Shown piece after piece: positions 1 to 13,839 of a stretch of DNA of 64,000 bases; position 1 is the stretch's first letter; every line of letters starts with the position of its first letter. Location of the stretch: contig OZ024761.1 of the NCBI GenBank assembly GCA_964016885.1, positions 16,802,001 through 16,866,000 on the forward strand, read 5' to 3'. A program made the position numbers and the translations under genes. Under the pieces are notes generated by a model. It worked only from the letters and a program-made list of their open reading frames with translations. It ran no database searches and was not told the DNA's origin. The DNA is from Eledone cirrhosa (Eukaryota).

Positions 1-1600
1 CCCAATCTCTCTCTCATACCCAATCTCTCTCTCACACCCAATCTCTCTCTCATACCCAATCTCTCTCTCATACCCAATCTCTCTCTCACACCCAATCTCT
101 CTCTCACACCCAATCTCTCTCTCACACCCAATCTCTCTCTCAACCAATCTCTCTCACAACCAATCTCTCTCTCACACCCAATCTCTCTCTCACACCCAAT
201 CTCTCTCTCAACCAATCTCTCTCTCACACCCAATCTCTCTCTCACACCCAATCTCTCTCTCACACCCAATCTCTCTCTCACACCCAATCTCTCTCACACC
301 CAATCTCTCTCTCACACCCAATCTCTCTCTCACACCCAATCTCTCTCTCATACCCAATCTCTTTCACACCCAATCTCTCTCTCACACCCAATCTCTCTCT
401 CACACCCAATCTCTCTCTCATACCCAATCTCTTTCACACCCAATCTCTCTCTCACACCCAATCTCTCTCTCACACCCAATCTCTCTCTCACAACCAATCT
501 ATCTATCACACCCAATCTATCTCTCACACCCAATCTCTCTCTCAACCAATCTCTCTCACACCCAATCTCTCTCTCACACCCAATCTCTCTCTCACACCCA
601 ATCTCTCTCTCACACCCAATCTCTCTCTCACACCCAATCTCTCTCTCACACCCAATCTCTCTCTCACACCCAATCTCTCTCTCACACCCAATCTCTCTCT
701 CAACCAATCTCTCTCTCAACCAATCTCTCTCACAACCAATCTCTCTCTCACACCCAATCTCTCTCTCACACCCAATCTCTCTCTCACACCCAATCTCTCT
801 CTCACACCCAATCTCTCTCTCACACCCAATCTCTCTCTCACACCCAATCTCTCTCTCACACCCAATCTCTCTCTCACACCCAATCTCTCTCTCACACCCA
901 ATCTATCTCTCACACCCAATCTCGCACACACCCAATCTCTCTCTCACACCCAATCTCTCTCTCACACCCAATCTCTTTCACACCCAATCTCTCTCTCACA
1001 CCCAATCTCTCTCTCATACCCAATCTCTCTCTCATACCCAATCTCTCTCTCATACCCAATCTCTCTCTCACACCCAATCTCTCTCTCACACCCAATCTCT
1101 CTCTCACACCCAATCTCTCTCTCACACCCAATCTCTTTCACACCCAATCTCTCTTTCACACCCAATCTCTCTTTCACACCCAATCTCTCTCTCACACCCA
1201 ATCTCTCTCTCACACCCAATCTCTCTCTCACACCCAATCTCTCTCTCATACCCAATCTCTCTTTCACACCCAATCTCTCTTTCACACCCAATCTCTCTCT
1301 CACACCCAATCTCTCTCTCACACCCAATCTCTCTCTCACCCAATCTCTCTCTCACACCCAATCTCTCTCTCACACCCAATCTCTCTCTCACCCAATCTCT
1401 CTCTCACACCCAATCTCTCTCTCACCCAATCTCTCTCTCACACCCAATCTCTCTCACACCCAATCTCTCTCATATCCAATCTCTCTCACACCCAACCTCT
1501 CACACCCAATCTCTCTCACACCCAACCTCTCTCACACCCAACCTCTCACACCCAACCTCTCACACCCAACCTCTCTCTCATACCCAATCTCTCTCACACA
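1..1600. repeat. 18-bp minisatellite (CACCCAATCTCTCTCTCA)n, resuming degenerately at 3393-3480
   Basis: Directly visible tandem array. Confidence 0.95.
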
Positions 1601-3392
1601 CCAGGTAATACTAGAAGGTGTCATACCAAAAGATTGGTGCATCAGCATCATTGTCAACTGCTACAAAGGTAAAGGTGATGCACTCGATAGAGGAAACTAT
1701 AGAGGTATAAAGCTGATGGACCAAGTCATGAAAGTAACAGAAAGAGTTATAACACAGTTGATTAGGGACCGGGTGAATATAGACGAGATGAAATTTGGGT
1801 TTGTACCAGGAAGAGGCACCACTGATGCCCTCTTCCTTGTGAGGCAGCTACAGGAAAAGTACCTAGCTAAAAGTAAGCCACTCTACTTGGCATTTGTCGA
1901 CCTTGAGAAAGCCTTTGACAGAGTTCCACGCGCTGTAATCTGGTGGGCTCTTAGAAAACTAGGAGTAGATGAATGGCTTGTGAAAGCGGTACAAGCCATG
2001 TATAGGGGAGCAGTCAACAAAGTTAGGATTAGCAATGAGTATAGCGAGGAATTTAGTGTACAGGTTGGGGTCCACCAGGGCTCTGTTCTTAGCCCCCTCC
2101 TGTTCATCATAGTCCTGCAGGCAATAACAGAGAAGTTTAAGACCGGATGCCCATGGGAACTCCTGTATGCTGATGACCTCACACTTATAGCTGAATCTAT
2201 GGTAGAACTAGAGAATAAATTCCAAACTTGGAAGCAGGGACTAGAAAGAAAGGGTCTCAAAGTCAGCATGACAAAGACTAAGGTCCTTGTAAGTAGACGA
2301 GAAAACAGAACCCAGATCCCCTCAGGGAAATGGCCTTGTTCAGTATGTAGGAAAGGTGTAGGTAGGAACTCCATTCTCTGCCCCAAATGCAAACAATGGG
2401 TACACAAGAGATGTAGCGGGATCTTAGGAAGCTTAATTAAGAATGTAGGCTTCACATGCAGCAGCTGTGCTGGGACAGCAAACAGCCACAGGAAACAAGT
2501 ACCACCAATCTCTGGGAGGGCTCTGTAGAAACAGTAGACAGCTTCTGCTACCTAGGTGACCGAATTAGCAGCGGAGGTGGGTGTTCAGAAAGTACAATAA
2601 CTAGGGTAAGAACAGGATGGAAGAAGTTTAGGGAACTACTACCACTGCTAGCTGCAAAAGGCTTCTCCCTCAAAATGAAAGGCAGACTGTATGATGCGTG
2701 TATCCGAACAGCGATGTTGCATGGTAGTGAGACCTGGGCGTTGAAGGTGGAAGACTTACATAGATTAGAGAGAAACGAAGCCTGCATGCTCCGATGGATG
2801 TGTAATAGTAATATACGCGAACGACAGCATAAGAGGAATCAAATGCTGTGTGCAGGAGAGGCAGTTGCGCTGGTATGGACATGTGATGCGTATGAAGGAT
2901 GACAGCTGCATAAAAAGGTGCAGAGCACTAGAAGTTGATGGAAACCGCGGAGTGGGGAGACCCAAGATGAACTGGGATGAGGTGATAAAAGCCGACCTTA
3001 CCCAATTACACCTCTCAAAGGCGATGACACACGACCGTGACCTCTGGCGTCACGCAGTAATACAGAGTACCCGACCTCCCATGGGTACAAGGTGAAGCAT
3101 ATAGACAATATGCCCCCACACCCCCCACTGCAAGGTGGTCTTGGAGGTGCCACGGCAAAAAAGCACCCAGCCCACACTGTAAAGTGGACATGGAGGCACC
3201 ACGAAAAAGCACCCAGCACTCACTGTAAATGAGGTTGGTGTTAGGAAGGGCATCCAGCTGTAGAAATCAAGCCAAATCAGTTCCTGTATGAGCAAGGCAT
3301 GGTCAGCCGACCAGACACTGCCCACAACAGGACAACCCGTCTAACCCATGCTAGCGTGGAAGAACGGACGTAAAACGGTGATGATGATGATG
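1601..3392 (+). mobile_element. 5'-truncated RTE-clade LINE, family 1 (RT, Cys-rich region, frameshift, modular 3' UTR, (GAT)n tail)
   Basis: [48 protein letters not shown]; ends GGACGTAAAACGGTGATGATGATG. Confidence 0.93.
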
Positions 3393-3692
3393 ACACCCAA
3401 CCTCTCACAGCCCCAACCTCTCACACACACACCCAACCTCACACCCTCAACCTCTCACACCCAACCTCTCTCACACTCACACACATACAATTTCTTTCTC
3501 ACACAACACATACACACAGGGACAATATTTGAAACTAAATAGGTGTCACAGGTTTATAACTGTCCCTACATATATAATATAATATGCTGCAGAAAAATAG
3601 AAAATGTGACACTTTTTTTCTAATCTATGAAATGTTATCTTATAACCCTCTCCTCCTTCCCCCCTATTTGGTTGGCTATACATGAAATTTTG

Positions 3693-4170
3693 ACTGGGAT
3701 ATGGTATTCTACTCACCCTAGTGTATTACTGGTATCTCACTGGTATGGTATTGTACTCACCCTAGTATTACTGGTATCTCATTGTGGTATAGTATTGTAC
3801 TCGCCCTAGTATTACTGGTATCTCACTGGGGTATGGTATTGTACTCACCCTAGTATTACTAGTATCTCACTGGGGTATGGTATTGTACTCACTCTAGTGT
3901 ATTACTGGTATCTCACTGGGCTATGGTATTGTACTCACCCTAGTGTATTACTGGTATCTCACTGGGGTATGGTATTGTACTCACTCTAGTGTATTACTGG
4001 TATCTCACTGGGCTATGGTATTGTACTCACCCTAGTATATGACTAGTATCTCACTGTGGTATGGTATTGTAGTCACCCTAGTATATGACTGCTATCTCAC
4101 TATGGTATGGTATTGTACTCACCCTAGTATATGACTGGTAGCTCCTGGGGGCAAGGTATTGTAGTCACCC
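3693..4170. repeat. ~43-46-bp minisatellite
   Basis: Unit TAGTATTACTGGTATCTCACTGGGGTATGGTATTGTACTCACCC, about 10 copies. Confidence 0.9.
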
Positions 4171-4573
4171 TAATATCATCCTGGTAGGATATTTACACCC
4201 CTAAACCATCGCAGTGCAGGAGTGTTAGTGGCAGTATGCACAACTTCAGTAATTTCTAACTTTGCATGTTTTCTGGTTTTTTTTTTGTTTTGTTTAACAT
4301 GTCACATATCATTACTGTGCTGAAATATAAAAAAAATACTGAAGGGAAAAAAATCAAAACATTTTTGTTCTGTGGTTAAAAATTGTCATCACCTTATCTC
4401 TAACTCCATCAACTGTTGGTATCAGGATGATTTAAAAAAAAAACTAATAAACTGGCATGAATTCCAGTATAAAATTTTTTCTATAAGGGAAAAAAAAATG
4501 GTGGACACATTTAGAGTTATTGTGTTGGGTGTTGTTTGTAGTTGTATAAAGAACGGCTTAATAAATAGTTTAA

Positions 4574-4795
4574 CCCTTTAGCATTTACATTACTTTATAT
4601 TTACTATTGTATTTTCATGGTAAAATGCATTATCTCGCATAATTATTTCACATAATATCGAACCTATGAGATTTTGATGTTATTTATTTTGAGAACAATA
4701 CCTTAACATAAGAATTAGCAGCCAGTTATGGCCAGTTTGAACAGAAAGAAGTGAGAGAATTCTGGCTAGATATAGCTGGTTTAAATGCTGAAGGG
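4574..4795 (+). mobile_element. piggyBac-like MITE family A
   Basis: TTAA-CCCTTTAGCATTTA...TAAATGCTGAAGGG-TTAA terminal inverted repeats; many copies in window. Confidence 0.85.
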
Positions 4796-4819
4796 TTAAA
4801 ATTCTTTTAAGACCACAAT

Positions 4820-5055
4820 GTAGAGACAGAAGTCGTTCCAATTGTCATTGGTGCGCTAGGCACAGTCCCTAAACGCCAGGTCTTTCATCAAAAGCTTTAG
4901 TATCATCAACTTCATAGGCAGTGGCCAGATTTCTGCCATCACTAGCACTGCCAGAATCCCGTGCGATGTATTGAGCCCTTCAGATCAGGCACTGATCTGA
5001 GGCCAATTAACACGCTGACCCCTAGCAACTCATTGCTAGAGAAACTTTATTAAAA
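4820..5055 (+). mobile_element. Decayed 3' end of an R4/Dong-like (RLE) non-LTR retrotransposon
   Basis: VETEVVPIVIGALGTVPK then QISAITSTARI..DVLS resembles the R4/Dong C-terminus; similarity is from recall. Confidence 0.6.
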
Positions 5056-5083
5056 AACTGTCGGCTACAGCGATATGTGTTCA

Positions 5084-5255
5084 ATTGATCCGATCAACGG
5101 AACAACCTGCTCGTGAAATTAACGTGCAAGTGGCTGAGCATTCCACAGGCTTGTGTACCTTTAATGTAGTTCTCTGGGAGATTCAGTGTGACACTGAGTG
5201 TGATAAGGCTGGCCCTTCGAATTACAGGTACAACCATTTTTGCCAGCTGAGTCCA
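5084..5255 (-). mobile_element. SINE body fragment
   Basis: Resembles an abundant octopus SINE body (GTGAAATTAACGTGCAAGTGGCTGAGCA...CAGCTGAGT); from recall only. Confidence 0.55.
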
Positions 5256-5454
5256 TACACACACACACACACATATATCCTTTCCATTATATCGGAGGGG
5301 ATGGTGGCCCCATACATTTGGTAGGTAGGATATTTTTTTTTATTTTATCATTTGCGATTTCTTTGTAATTTAATCTAATCTAACATTCCCTTCTTTTAAT
5401 GTCAATATCTATCATGTATGATAATTTTGTGGCACACTGAATACGAATGTTTAA

Positions 5455-5598
5455 CCCTTGAGCATTTACATTACTCTATGATGATATTATTTATTTTGAG
5501 AACAATATCTTATTGTTGATGTAAGTGGCCTGTTATGGCCGGTTTGAACAGAAAGAGGTGAGAATTCTGGCTGGATATGGCCTGTTTAAATGCTAGGG
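5455..5598 (+). mobile_element. piggyBac-like MITE family A, internally deleted
   Basis: Same termini and internal GAGAATTCTGGC motif. Confidence 0.8.
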
Positions 5599-6131
5599 TT
5601 TAATGATTGCCACTTATTAAATGGTTAAGTTTACATGAAGTCCAACATTTTGAAATTTCAGAAAAATTCAAAAACTAAACAAACATGTTAATAACACTTT
5701 CATGTTGATCTCCCATTTTTGTATCAATGTAAATGTCATTTTTGATGTCTTTATATGAACTGTCTTACATGAATGTTTCAGATTTTAAGATGTTTATACA
5801 TACCTTTTCTTCCGTTTCATTATTTTAAAATCAAGTTGGGAATTTATTGTCTTTTGTGCTGCTTTGGTTTGTATTTTGGAGAATAATTTAAAGTTTTTCT
5901 GTAACTATTTTATCGTAGTTGACCTTCTTTTTAGTGGAACTTATATGTTATGTAATTCAGTATATTTATCTCTATACCTCTCTTGATTTATATATCTATT
6001 TATCCCCCCCCTCTCTGTCTATGTCCATTTATTTCTCTCTCTCCCTCTCTCTCTGTATTATATATATGTATTATATATATTATATATTATATATATATAT
6101 GTATTATATATATTATATATTATATATATTA

Positions 6132-6162
<31 letters not shown>

Positions 6163-6586
6163 CATAGTAAAATAGATGTGTATTTTCTGTATTTTGAAAT
6201 TAAAAGCCCTTCAATTTGCGTTCATGTGGTTATGAAATTTGTTTAACATTTTTCTTATGAAATAAGACTAACCGTGGTTCTTTTCAACCCCTCTTTCTAA
6301 GTTTGAAGCAACGAAGCAAAGATAAGCAGTTTTTCGTTCTATTAAACATGTCCTTCAGTTACATTTGGAGGTAAAATGCTGTTTTATTTGTGACAAGCTG
6401 TTGGAACTTCCTGTAAATATTTAGAAACTTATACTTTATCACAATCACTTCTCTCTATCTAATATCTCAATTTATATACATTAAAATAATAAACATAACT
6501 GCTTGCATAAAAGTGTTTCACAGTGTTTATATAGAAATTGTAATATATAATTCTTTACATAGAAATATTTATTATTTTGTGTTAAA

Positions 6587-6799
6587 CCCTTTAGCATTTA
6601 CATTACTTTATATTTACTATTATATTTTCACGGTAAAGGTTTTATCTCACATTCATTATCTCACATAATATCGAATCTGAGATTTTGATATCTTAATAAC
6701 CATACCTTAAAATCACTATGAGCAGCCAGTTACAGCTGGTTTGAACAGAAAGAGGTGAGAGAATTCTGGCCGGATATGGCCGATTTAAGTGCTAAAGGG
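6587..6799 (+). mobile_element. piggyBac-like MITE family A
   Basis: Same termini and body. Confidence 0.85.
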
Positions 6800-7675
6800 T
6801 TCAAGGTAAACATTCAATGGATTTTTGAGGAATTTTAACAATTTCAAAATTACATTGATTATCTTTTTCAGGCAACAGAATCAATTTTAAATATTTTTTA
6901 CTGGTATTTTTACATCAAATCAAATTTAAATCTGAAACATTTTTGTTAAACAGTGAAATATATTTTATTAAAGTTACTAAAATCCACATATAAATTTAAT
7001 TTTTAATATTTTCTTTGAAATAAATTGACATCTTCATGGAGACTTATGTATGTTTATATCACGTGTTATAATTTAGTTTGATTTTTTTTTTTATAATAAA
7101 ATACTGATCACTTAGTTACTACTGTAGGTAAGTTCAGTGGTACTGGTGTTAGGTATGTGACTATTATGGGTAAGTATTTACTGGTTGTTTTTATACTAAA
7201 CATTTCTACACACACCCTTTTATTTTGTCTCTTCGTCGTCGTCGTCGGCATCATCATCATCATCATCATTATTATTATTATTTTCATTCAAAAGCTGTTT
7301 TATCATCATGAACTTATAAATTGTTCACACAGTATCCCATGATATATAGAAAAATTTGGTAAATTTCCTAAGATAAGCTATCTGGGGAAGCTAGCTATAA
7401 TATATGAGCATTTTAGTAAATTTCCTTAGATATCTAGAGTGGGTAGCTATAATATATGAGCATTTTGGTACATTTCCTAAGATAAGATATCAGGGTCGGT
7501 AGCGCTATTATACACTATTACATGTTCCAGTCGACAGGCTGAGGCCATTCTAGGGCTCCGCCATTATATATATGTGCATTTTGATAAATTTCCTAAGATA
7601 AAGATATCAGGAAGGCTGGCTTTAATAGAAAAAAATACAACAAAAGACTGAACTCTATATTATTAATAAAGCACA

Positions 7676-8421
7676 ATGGTTGGATATAGTGAAATATTGT
7701 TGGTAGTGGGATGGTTGAATATAGTGAAATATTGTTGGTATTGGGATGGTGGGATATAGTGAAATATTGTTGGTAGTGGGATGGTGGGATATAGTGAAAT
7801 ATTGTTGGTATTGGGATGGTTGGATATAGTGAAATATTGTTGGTATTGGGATGGTTGGATATAGTGAAATATTGTTGGTATTGGGATGGTTGGATATAGT
7901 GAAATATTGTTGGTATTGGGATGGTTGGATATAGTGAAATATTGTTGGTATTGGGATGGTTGGATATAGTGAAATATTGTTGGTAGTGGGATGGTGGGAT
8001 ATAGTGAAATATTGTTGGTATTGGGATGGTTGGATATAGTGAAATATTGTTGGTATTGGGATGGTTGGATATAGTGAAATATTGTTGGTAGTGGGATGGT
8101 GGGATATAGTGAAATATTGTTGGTATTGGGATGGTTGGATATAGTGAAATATTGTTGGTAGTGGGATGGTGGGATATAGTGAAATATTGTTGGTATTGGG
8201 ATGGTTGGATATAGTGAAATATTGTTGGTATTGGGATGGTTGGATATAGTGAAATATTGTTGGTATTGGGATGGTGGGATATAGTGAAATATTGTTGGTA
8301 TTGGGATGGTGGGATATAGTGAAATATTGTTGGTAGTGGGATGGTTGGATATAGTGAAATATTGTTGGTAGTGGGATGGTGGGATATAGTGAAATATTGT
8401 TGGTAGTGGGATGGTGGGATA
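7676..8421. repeat. 35-bp minisatellite, ~21 copies
   Basis: Unit TGGATATAGTGAAATATTGTTGGTATTGGGATGGT. Confidence 0.95.
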
Positions 8422-8800
8422 TTGTCACACATAGTTGATATAGGGATACAGTGGTAGTGGGGTGGGTTCAAAGTATTCAATGTGAGTTGTTCAGGTAAAA
8501 TTAATTAATTATCAAACACTCATAATTAACAAAATAAAACAAAGAAACAAACCTACTAATGTTGGCAATCACTTTCTCAATTGATTTTTTTTTTATTTTC
8601 ATATTTTTATATTTTTTGTGGATTTATTGAAAAATTGGTAGCGTGACACTTATTTTTGTATTGTATTTAGTATTGTATTTATGATAAGCCTTTGAAAAGT
8701 AAGTGAGAATTGAAAGGAACTGTGCGTGTAAAAAGGAGTGAAAGAGAGTGTGTTCTATGTAGCTATACATGTTATTAATACATTTTGTATTTGTGTTTAG

Positions 8801-8908
8801 TGTGAACCTCTTAAAGGTAAGGTTCACAAGATACTCACCTGGAGATGGTCAGAGCCACCCAAACCTGGAGAGGACGAGCTGGATCATACGCATAATGAGA
8901 AGAAATTG
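8801..8908 (+). CDS. Mi-2: Mi-2 exon 1 (numbering within window), start of chromodomain 1 region
   Basis: tttag|CEPLKGKVHKILTWRWSEPP...NEKKL|gtgaga; resembles CHD4 CPALKGKVQKILIWKW. Confidence 0.92.
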
Positions 8909-9789
8909 GTGAGAATACTTATAGATTTATATTGTTACTTATTCTAGCTTTTCCTCTCAGTTGTTAAGGTAGATTGTATTTAGCTTTTAACATCCTGTAG
9001 CACATGAAACCTCATTAGCAAGACATTGTTGGAAAGTACAAAAGTATTATGATGGCATTGCATTAAAAATTAGTTTCCACTGCAATACTGCAAATTTTTA
9101 CAATTTGTCCACAGGCGATGAATTATAGCTTTGGATAAATGCTTTGTGATATTAGTTTTAGCTCTCTGTTCTCTGAATTCAAATCCCACTGAGGTGAACT
9201 ATGTCTTTCATCCTTTTGAGGTCGATAAAAAACAATACCACTCTAGAACTGGGGTCAATTCTTTCTCTATATCTCTTTCTCACTTTCATTCTCTTACTTT
9301 CTATCCATCTTTGGAAGAAATCTGCTGTAGTGAAGCCTCTAGGGAAGATGGTCTTCGTCAGGTTTAAAAATGCCCTAGAAATGCAGTATATCAATACAGC
9401 GCGTCTAAAACTCCCCCGTGAGTTATGGGAAGAAGAAAGATGCTATAAATATATGAATTAACAAACCACGTTACCAAGACATTCTTGAAAAGTTCAAAAC
9501 AACAATTTACTCTAATACTATAAATTTGCCCAACAATCCGTACACTTGAATTAACTGACCTGTTTTTACATATTTTCTACTAAATCATCAAACGATGTTA
9601 TAGCAAATATTTTAGTACTAGTTTGAAATTTCTTTATTATTTTAGCAACTCAACTGGGAAATGGTATATTTTAGCTGTGAATTATAATAAATATTATAAC
9701 TTGTTCGAGGTTTACCAGCTCAAGAGATTTAATTAGGAAATGTTTGTTGTTTTTTTAATATTTTTCCCTTGTCAAAATGTTTATATTGA

Positions 9790-9984
<195 letters not shown>

Positions 9985-10249
9985 TAAGCTTTTTGTTAGC
10001 ACTATCAAAGTTTGAATTGAAAAGGTGTTCATGACCTCTTATGTTACCTTTTATATGGCCCCTTTTGTATTACCCTTCATATGTCCCCCTCACGTGTTCT
10101 CCTTTACATGCCCTCCTCACGTGTTCTCCTTTATATGGCCCCTCTCATGTTACCCTTCATATGACCCCGTCTCATGTAACCCTTCATATGACCCCGTCTC
10201 GTGTAACCCTTCATATGACTCCACTCATGTTTCCTTTTCTATTTGCCAG

Positions 10250-10449
10250 CTTGATGTGTATCACCCAGCCATGTATCGGAACTACATGCGTAAAAATGAC
10301 ATGGATGAACCACCCCCTCTTGAAGACGGCAGCAGTTATGGTCAGAAGGATCGTTCGAACTTTGATAACATTGAAAACCTTGAAGAGAGGTTTTATCGGT
10401 ATGGTGTGCGACCAGAATGGTTGCAGATCCATCGAGCCATTAACCACAA
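10250..10449 (+). CDS. Mi-2: Mi-2 exon 3, chromodomain linker
   Basis: cag|[22 protein letters not shown]...[21 protein letters not shown]|gtaggt. Confidence 0.95.
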
Positions 10450-10689
10450 GTAGGTCCCTCTTCCGTTTCTTCTGTCAGGTTATCACATCCTTTCAGATCT
10501 AAAATCTGTAACAAAAATGTTGTCACGAATGTTTGAAGGAAATGCTATTGACTAAAAGTGTTCATGCACACACACACACACACACACACACAAGTGTGCA
10601 TAGTCTCGTATACAGATACAGCTAGACATGTGGATACATACACACAAATATAAACACATTTATATACATTGTTCTACAGCTACACACAC

Positions 10690-11040
10690 ACACACACACA
10701 CACAGTCCTACAACAATGTCTTTCTCTTTCTAAACCCATCTAAAATAATCTGTACCATTATATATTTGTTCAAGGTCTCACACACAGCTACAGTCTTAAA
10801 ACAATGTCTCCCTTTCTAAACCCAACTAAAATAATCTGTACCATTATATATTTGTTCAAGGTCTCACACAGCTACACAGTCTTAAAACAATGTCTCCCTT
10901 TCTAAACCCAACTAAAATAATCTGTACCATTATATATTTGTTCAAGGTCTCACACACAGCTACACAGTCTTAAAACAATGTCTCCCTTTCTAAACCCAAC
11001 TAAAATAATCTGTACCATTATATATTTGTTCAGGGTTACA
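10690..11040. repeat. ~88-bp tandem repeat (4 copies) ending at the exon 4 acceptor
   Basis: AACAATGTCTCCCTTTCTAAACCCAACTAAAATAATCTGTACCATTATATATTTGTTCA repeated. Confidence 0.9.
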
Positions 11041-11174
11041 AGAGATGGGAAAGTTTGGTACTTGATGAAATGGAGAGATTTACCATATGACCAATCTACC
11101 TGGGAATGTGAGGACACACTCGCAGACTTGAATCTCGACTGGAAGAAATATGTTGACGATTATGAAAACTTGAG
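11034..11174 (+). CDS. Mi-2: Mi-2 exon 4, chromodomain 2
   Basis: cag|VTRDGKVWYLMKWRDLPYDQSTWE...YENL|gtattt. Confidence 0.95.
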
Positions 11175-11574
11175 GTATTTCATTCTTTCTCTCTCCTCTT
11201 TGTGTACATTTGCTTCTTTCTCTCTCCTCTTTGTGTACATTTGCTTCTGTCTCACTCTGTTTGTATCTCATTCTCTCTGTCTCTCTCCTCTTTGTGTATC
11301 TCTGTCTCTTTTTGTCTCATTCTCTGTATCTATCTCTGTCTCTATTTGTCTTGCTGTCTTTATCTTGTTTCTCTCTCTCTCTCTCTATGTCACTCTCTGT
11401 CTCTCTCCTAATTCCATTTAGGTTGCCCCTCCCCTTCCTTATAATAGGAATAAAATACAGCTGATACTGTTAGAAAATATTTTGTCTCTTGAATTGCACA
11501 GTGTAATACCCCCTTCTGTTCCCAAAAGATATTTCACGTTTTTAATGATTTTGCCCTCCATGTGTGTTTTCCAG

Positions 11575-11698
11575 AAATATGATGTACGGAGGTGGTGGGG
11601 TCGATAAAAAGAAATCAAAAGTAAAGGGGAAAAAAATGAAAGAAGGACGAGATTTGGAAAATGTTTCTCGTACGCCACCCCTCTATCCTACTTCTGAT
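11575..11698 (+). CDS. Mi-2: Mi-2 exon 5, basic linker
   Basis: cag|NMMYGGGGVDKKKSKVKGKK...PTSD|gtaagt; phases match both neighbours. Confidence 0.88.
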
Positions 11699-11727
11699 GT
11701 AAGTATTTCACCTATCTCTCTCTCTGT

Positions 11728-11759
<32 letters not shown>

Positions 11760-11980
11760 CAGTCAGTCTGTATATATATATATATATAAATATATATATA
11801 TACTGACTGTATGTAACCCATGTTAGCAAGGAGAGCATACATTGACCACACACACACACGCACACACACATTATCATTATCATTTAATGTCTATTTTTCC
11901 ACGCTAGCATGCGTTAGATGAGTTGTCCCGCTGTGAGACGGACCAAGTCAGATGGCCATGCCTTCTTCATACACAACACA

Positions 11981-12850
11981 CATCATCATCATCATCATCA
12001 TTTAACGTCCGTGTTCCATGCTTGCATGGGTTTGGACGGGAGTTTTCCCACTTGAGGCAAGAGTGGTTGTCTTGCTCGCATAGGACTGTCTGGCGGGTTT
12101 TCTACAGTTGGATGCCCTTCCTAACACCAACCACATTTACAGTGTGGGGCTGGGAGGTTTTTACCGTGTTGCCTACACGGCCACATTACAGCGTGGACTG
12201 TCTGGCGGGTTTTCTACAGCTGGATGCCCTTCGTAACACCAACCACATTTACAGTGAGGGACTGGGAGGTTTTTACCGCCATATTTTCCAAGCCTGCTTT
12301 TTGGCCTTAATCGCCTCCTCCACCTTACTGTTCCACCACCATGTTACTCTCCTCTTGCCTATAGGCCTGCTCCGGCCACAGACTTCGTCTGCCGCCATCA
12401 GCAGGTTTGCTTTCAGGAATTCCCACTGTCCCTCTATATTGTCCGACTCTAAATGCTTTTCCTTACTGTCGAAAGCATCAAGTAATATGCTTTGAAATTT
12501 ATTTCTGGCTGTGGGGTCCTTTAGCTTCCATATTTTTCTCTTGAGGATAGTCCTCTTCTGCTGTCGAGTACGTCTCGTCCTGACTATGAGGTCGCTAATT
12601 ATCAGTCTATGTTGGGAGGTGCATTCTTCATGGGGGAGGGATTTAGTGTTTACAACAGTCACTCTGTCACGTCTTCTGGTAAGGATATAATCTACCTGGC
12701 TGGTATGTTCCCCTGATCTGTAGGTGATCAAGTGATTGTCTCGTTTTTTGAAGTTAGTGTTACAGATTGTTAGGTTATTTGCGTCACAGAATTCCAGGAT
12801 TCTGGAGCCTTCCTCATTTCTCGTACCAAACCCATAGCCTCCATGGATTT
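11981..12850 (-). mobile_element. RTE derivative: APE endonuclease fragment joined to a duplicated 3' module and (GAT)n tail
   Basis: HGGYGFGTRNEEGSRILEFC...QVDYIL...SQHRLI...WWWNSKVEEAIKAK; no RT follows. Confidence 0.88.
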
Positions 12851-12941
12851 CATCATATATATACACACACACACGTTCTATATATATGCACACACAAACA
12901 CACATGTTCTATACACACATGCACACACATATATATATATG

Positions 12942-12974
<33 letters not shown>

Positions 12975-13031
12975 GCGTTGTATATATATATATATACACA
13001 CGTTCTATATATATATATATACACACACACG

Positions 13032-13081
<50 letters not shown>

Positions 13082-13171
13082 GTTCTATATATATATATAT
13101 ATATTCACACACACACACATGTTCTATATATATATATATATATACACACACATGTTCTATATATGTAATAA

Positions 13172-13486
<315 letters not shown>

Positions 13487-13690
13487 TAAATATATTCTTG
13501 TGTTCTGTTAGTCTTCTACTGGCCATGCTGGGGCACTGTTCTTTTTCTGGTTTCGGTCATTGGACTGTGGCCATGCTGGGGCATTGTTCTTTTATTAGTT
13601 TCAGTTAAGGCTATGGTGCATAAACACAAACAGACATTGCATGCTTGCGTATACACATCTGCACACACATACACATCTACCCAGACACAT

Positions 13691-13839
<149 letters not shown>

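Noticed and set aside
348-1391. ERLGVR and EREIGC repeat ORFs
   Set aside because: They are readouts of an 18-bp minisatellite.
6302-6370. Possible poison exon (taag|...GAG|gtaaaa with in-frame TAA)
   Set aside because: Weak acceptor, no homology and no other support.
7593-8480. 295-aa ORF and CRISPR-like 35-bp periodicity
   Set aside because: Head-to-tail repeats with no unique spacers, no cas genes and a eukaryotic context.
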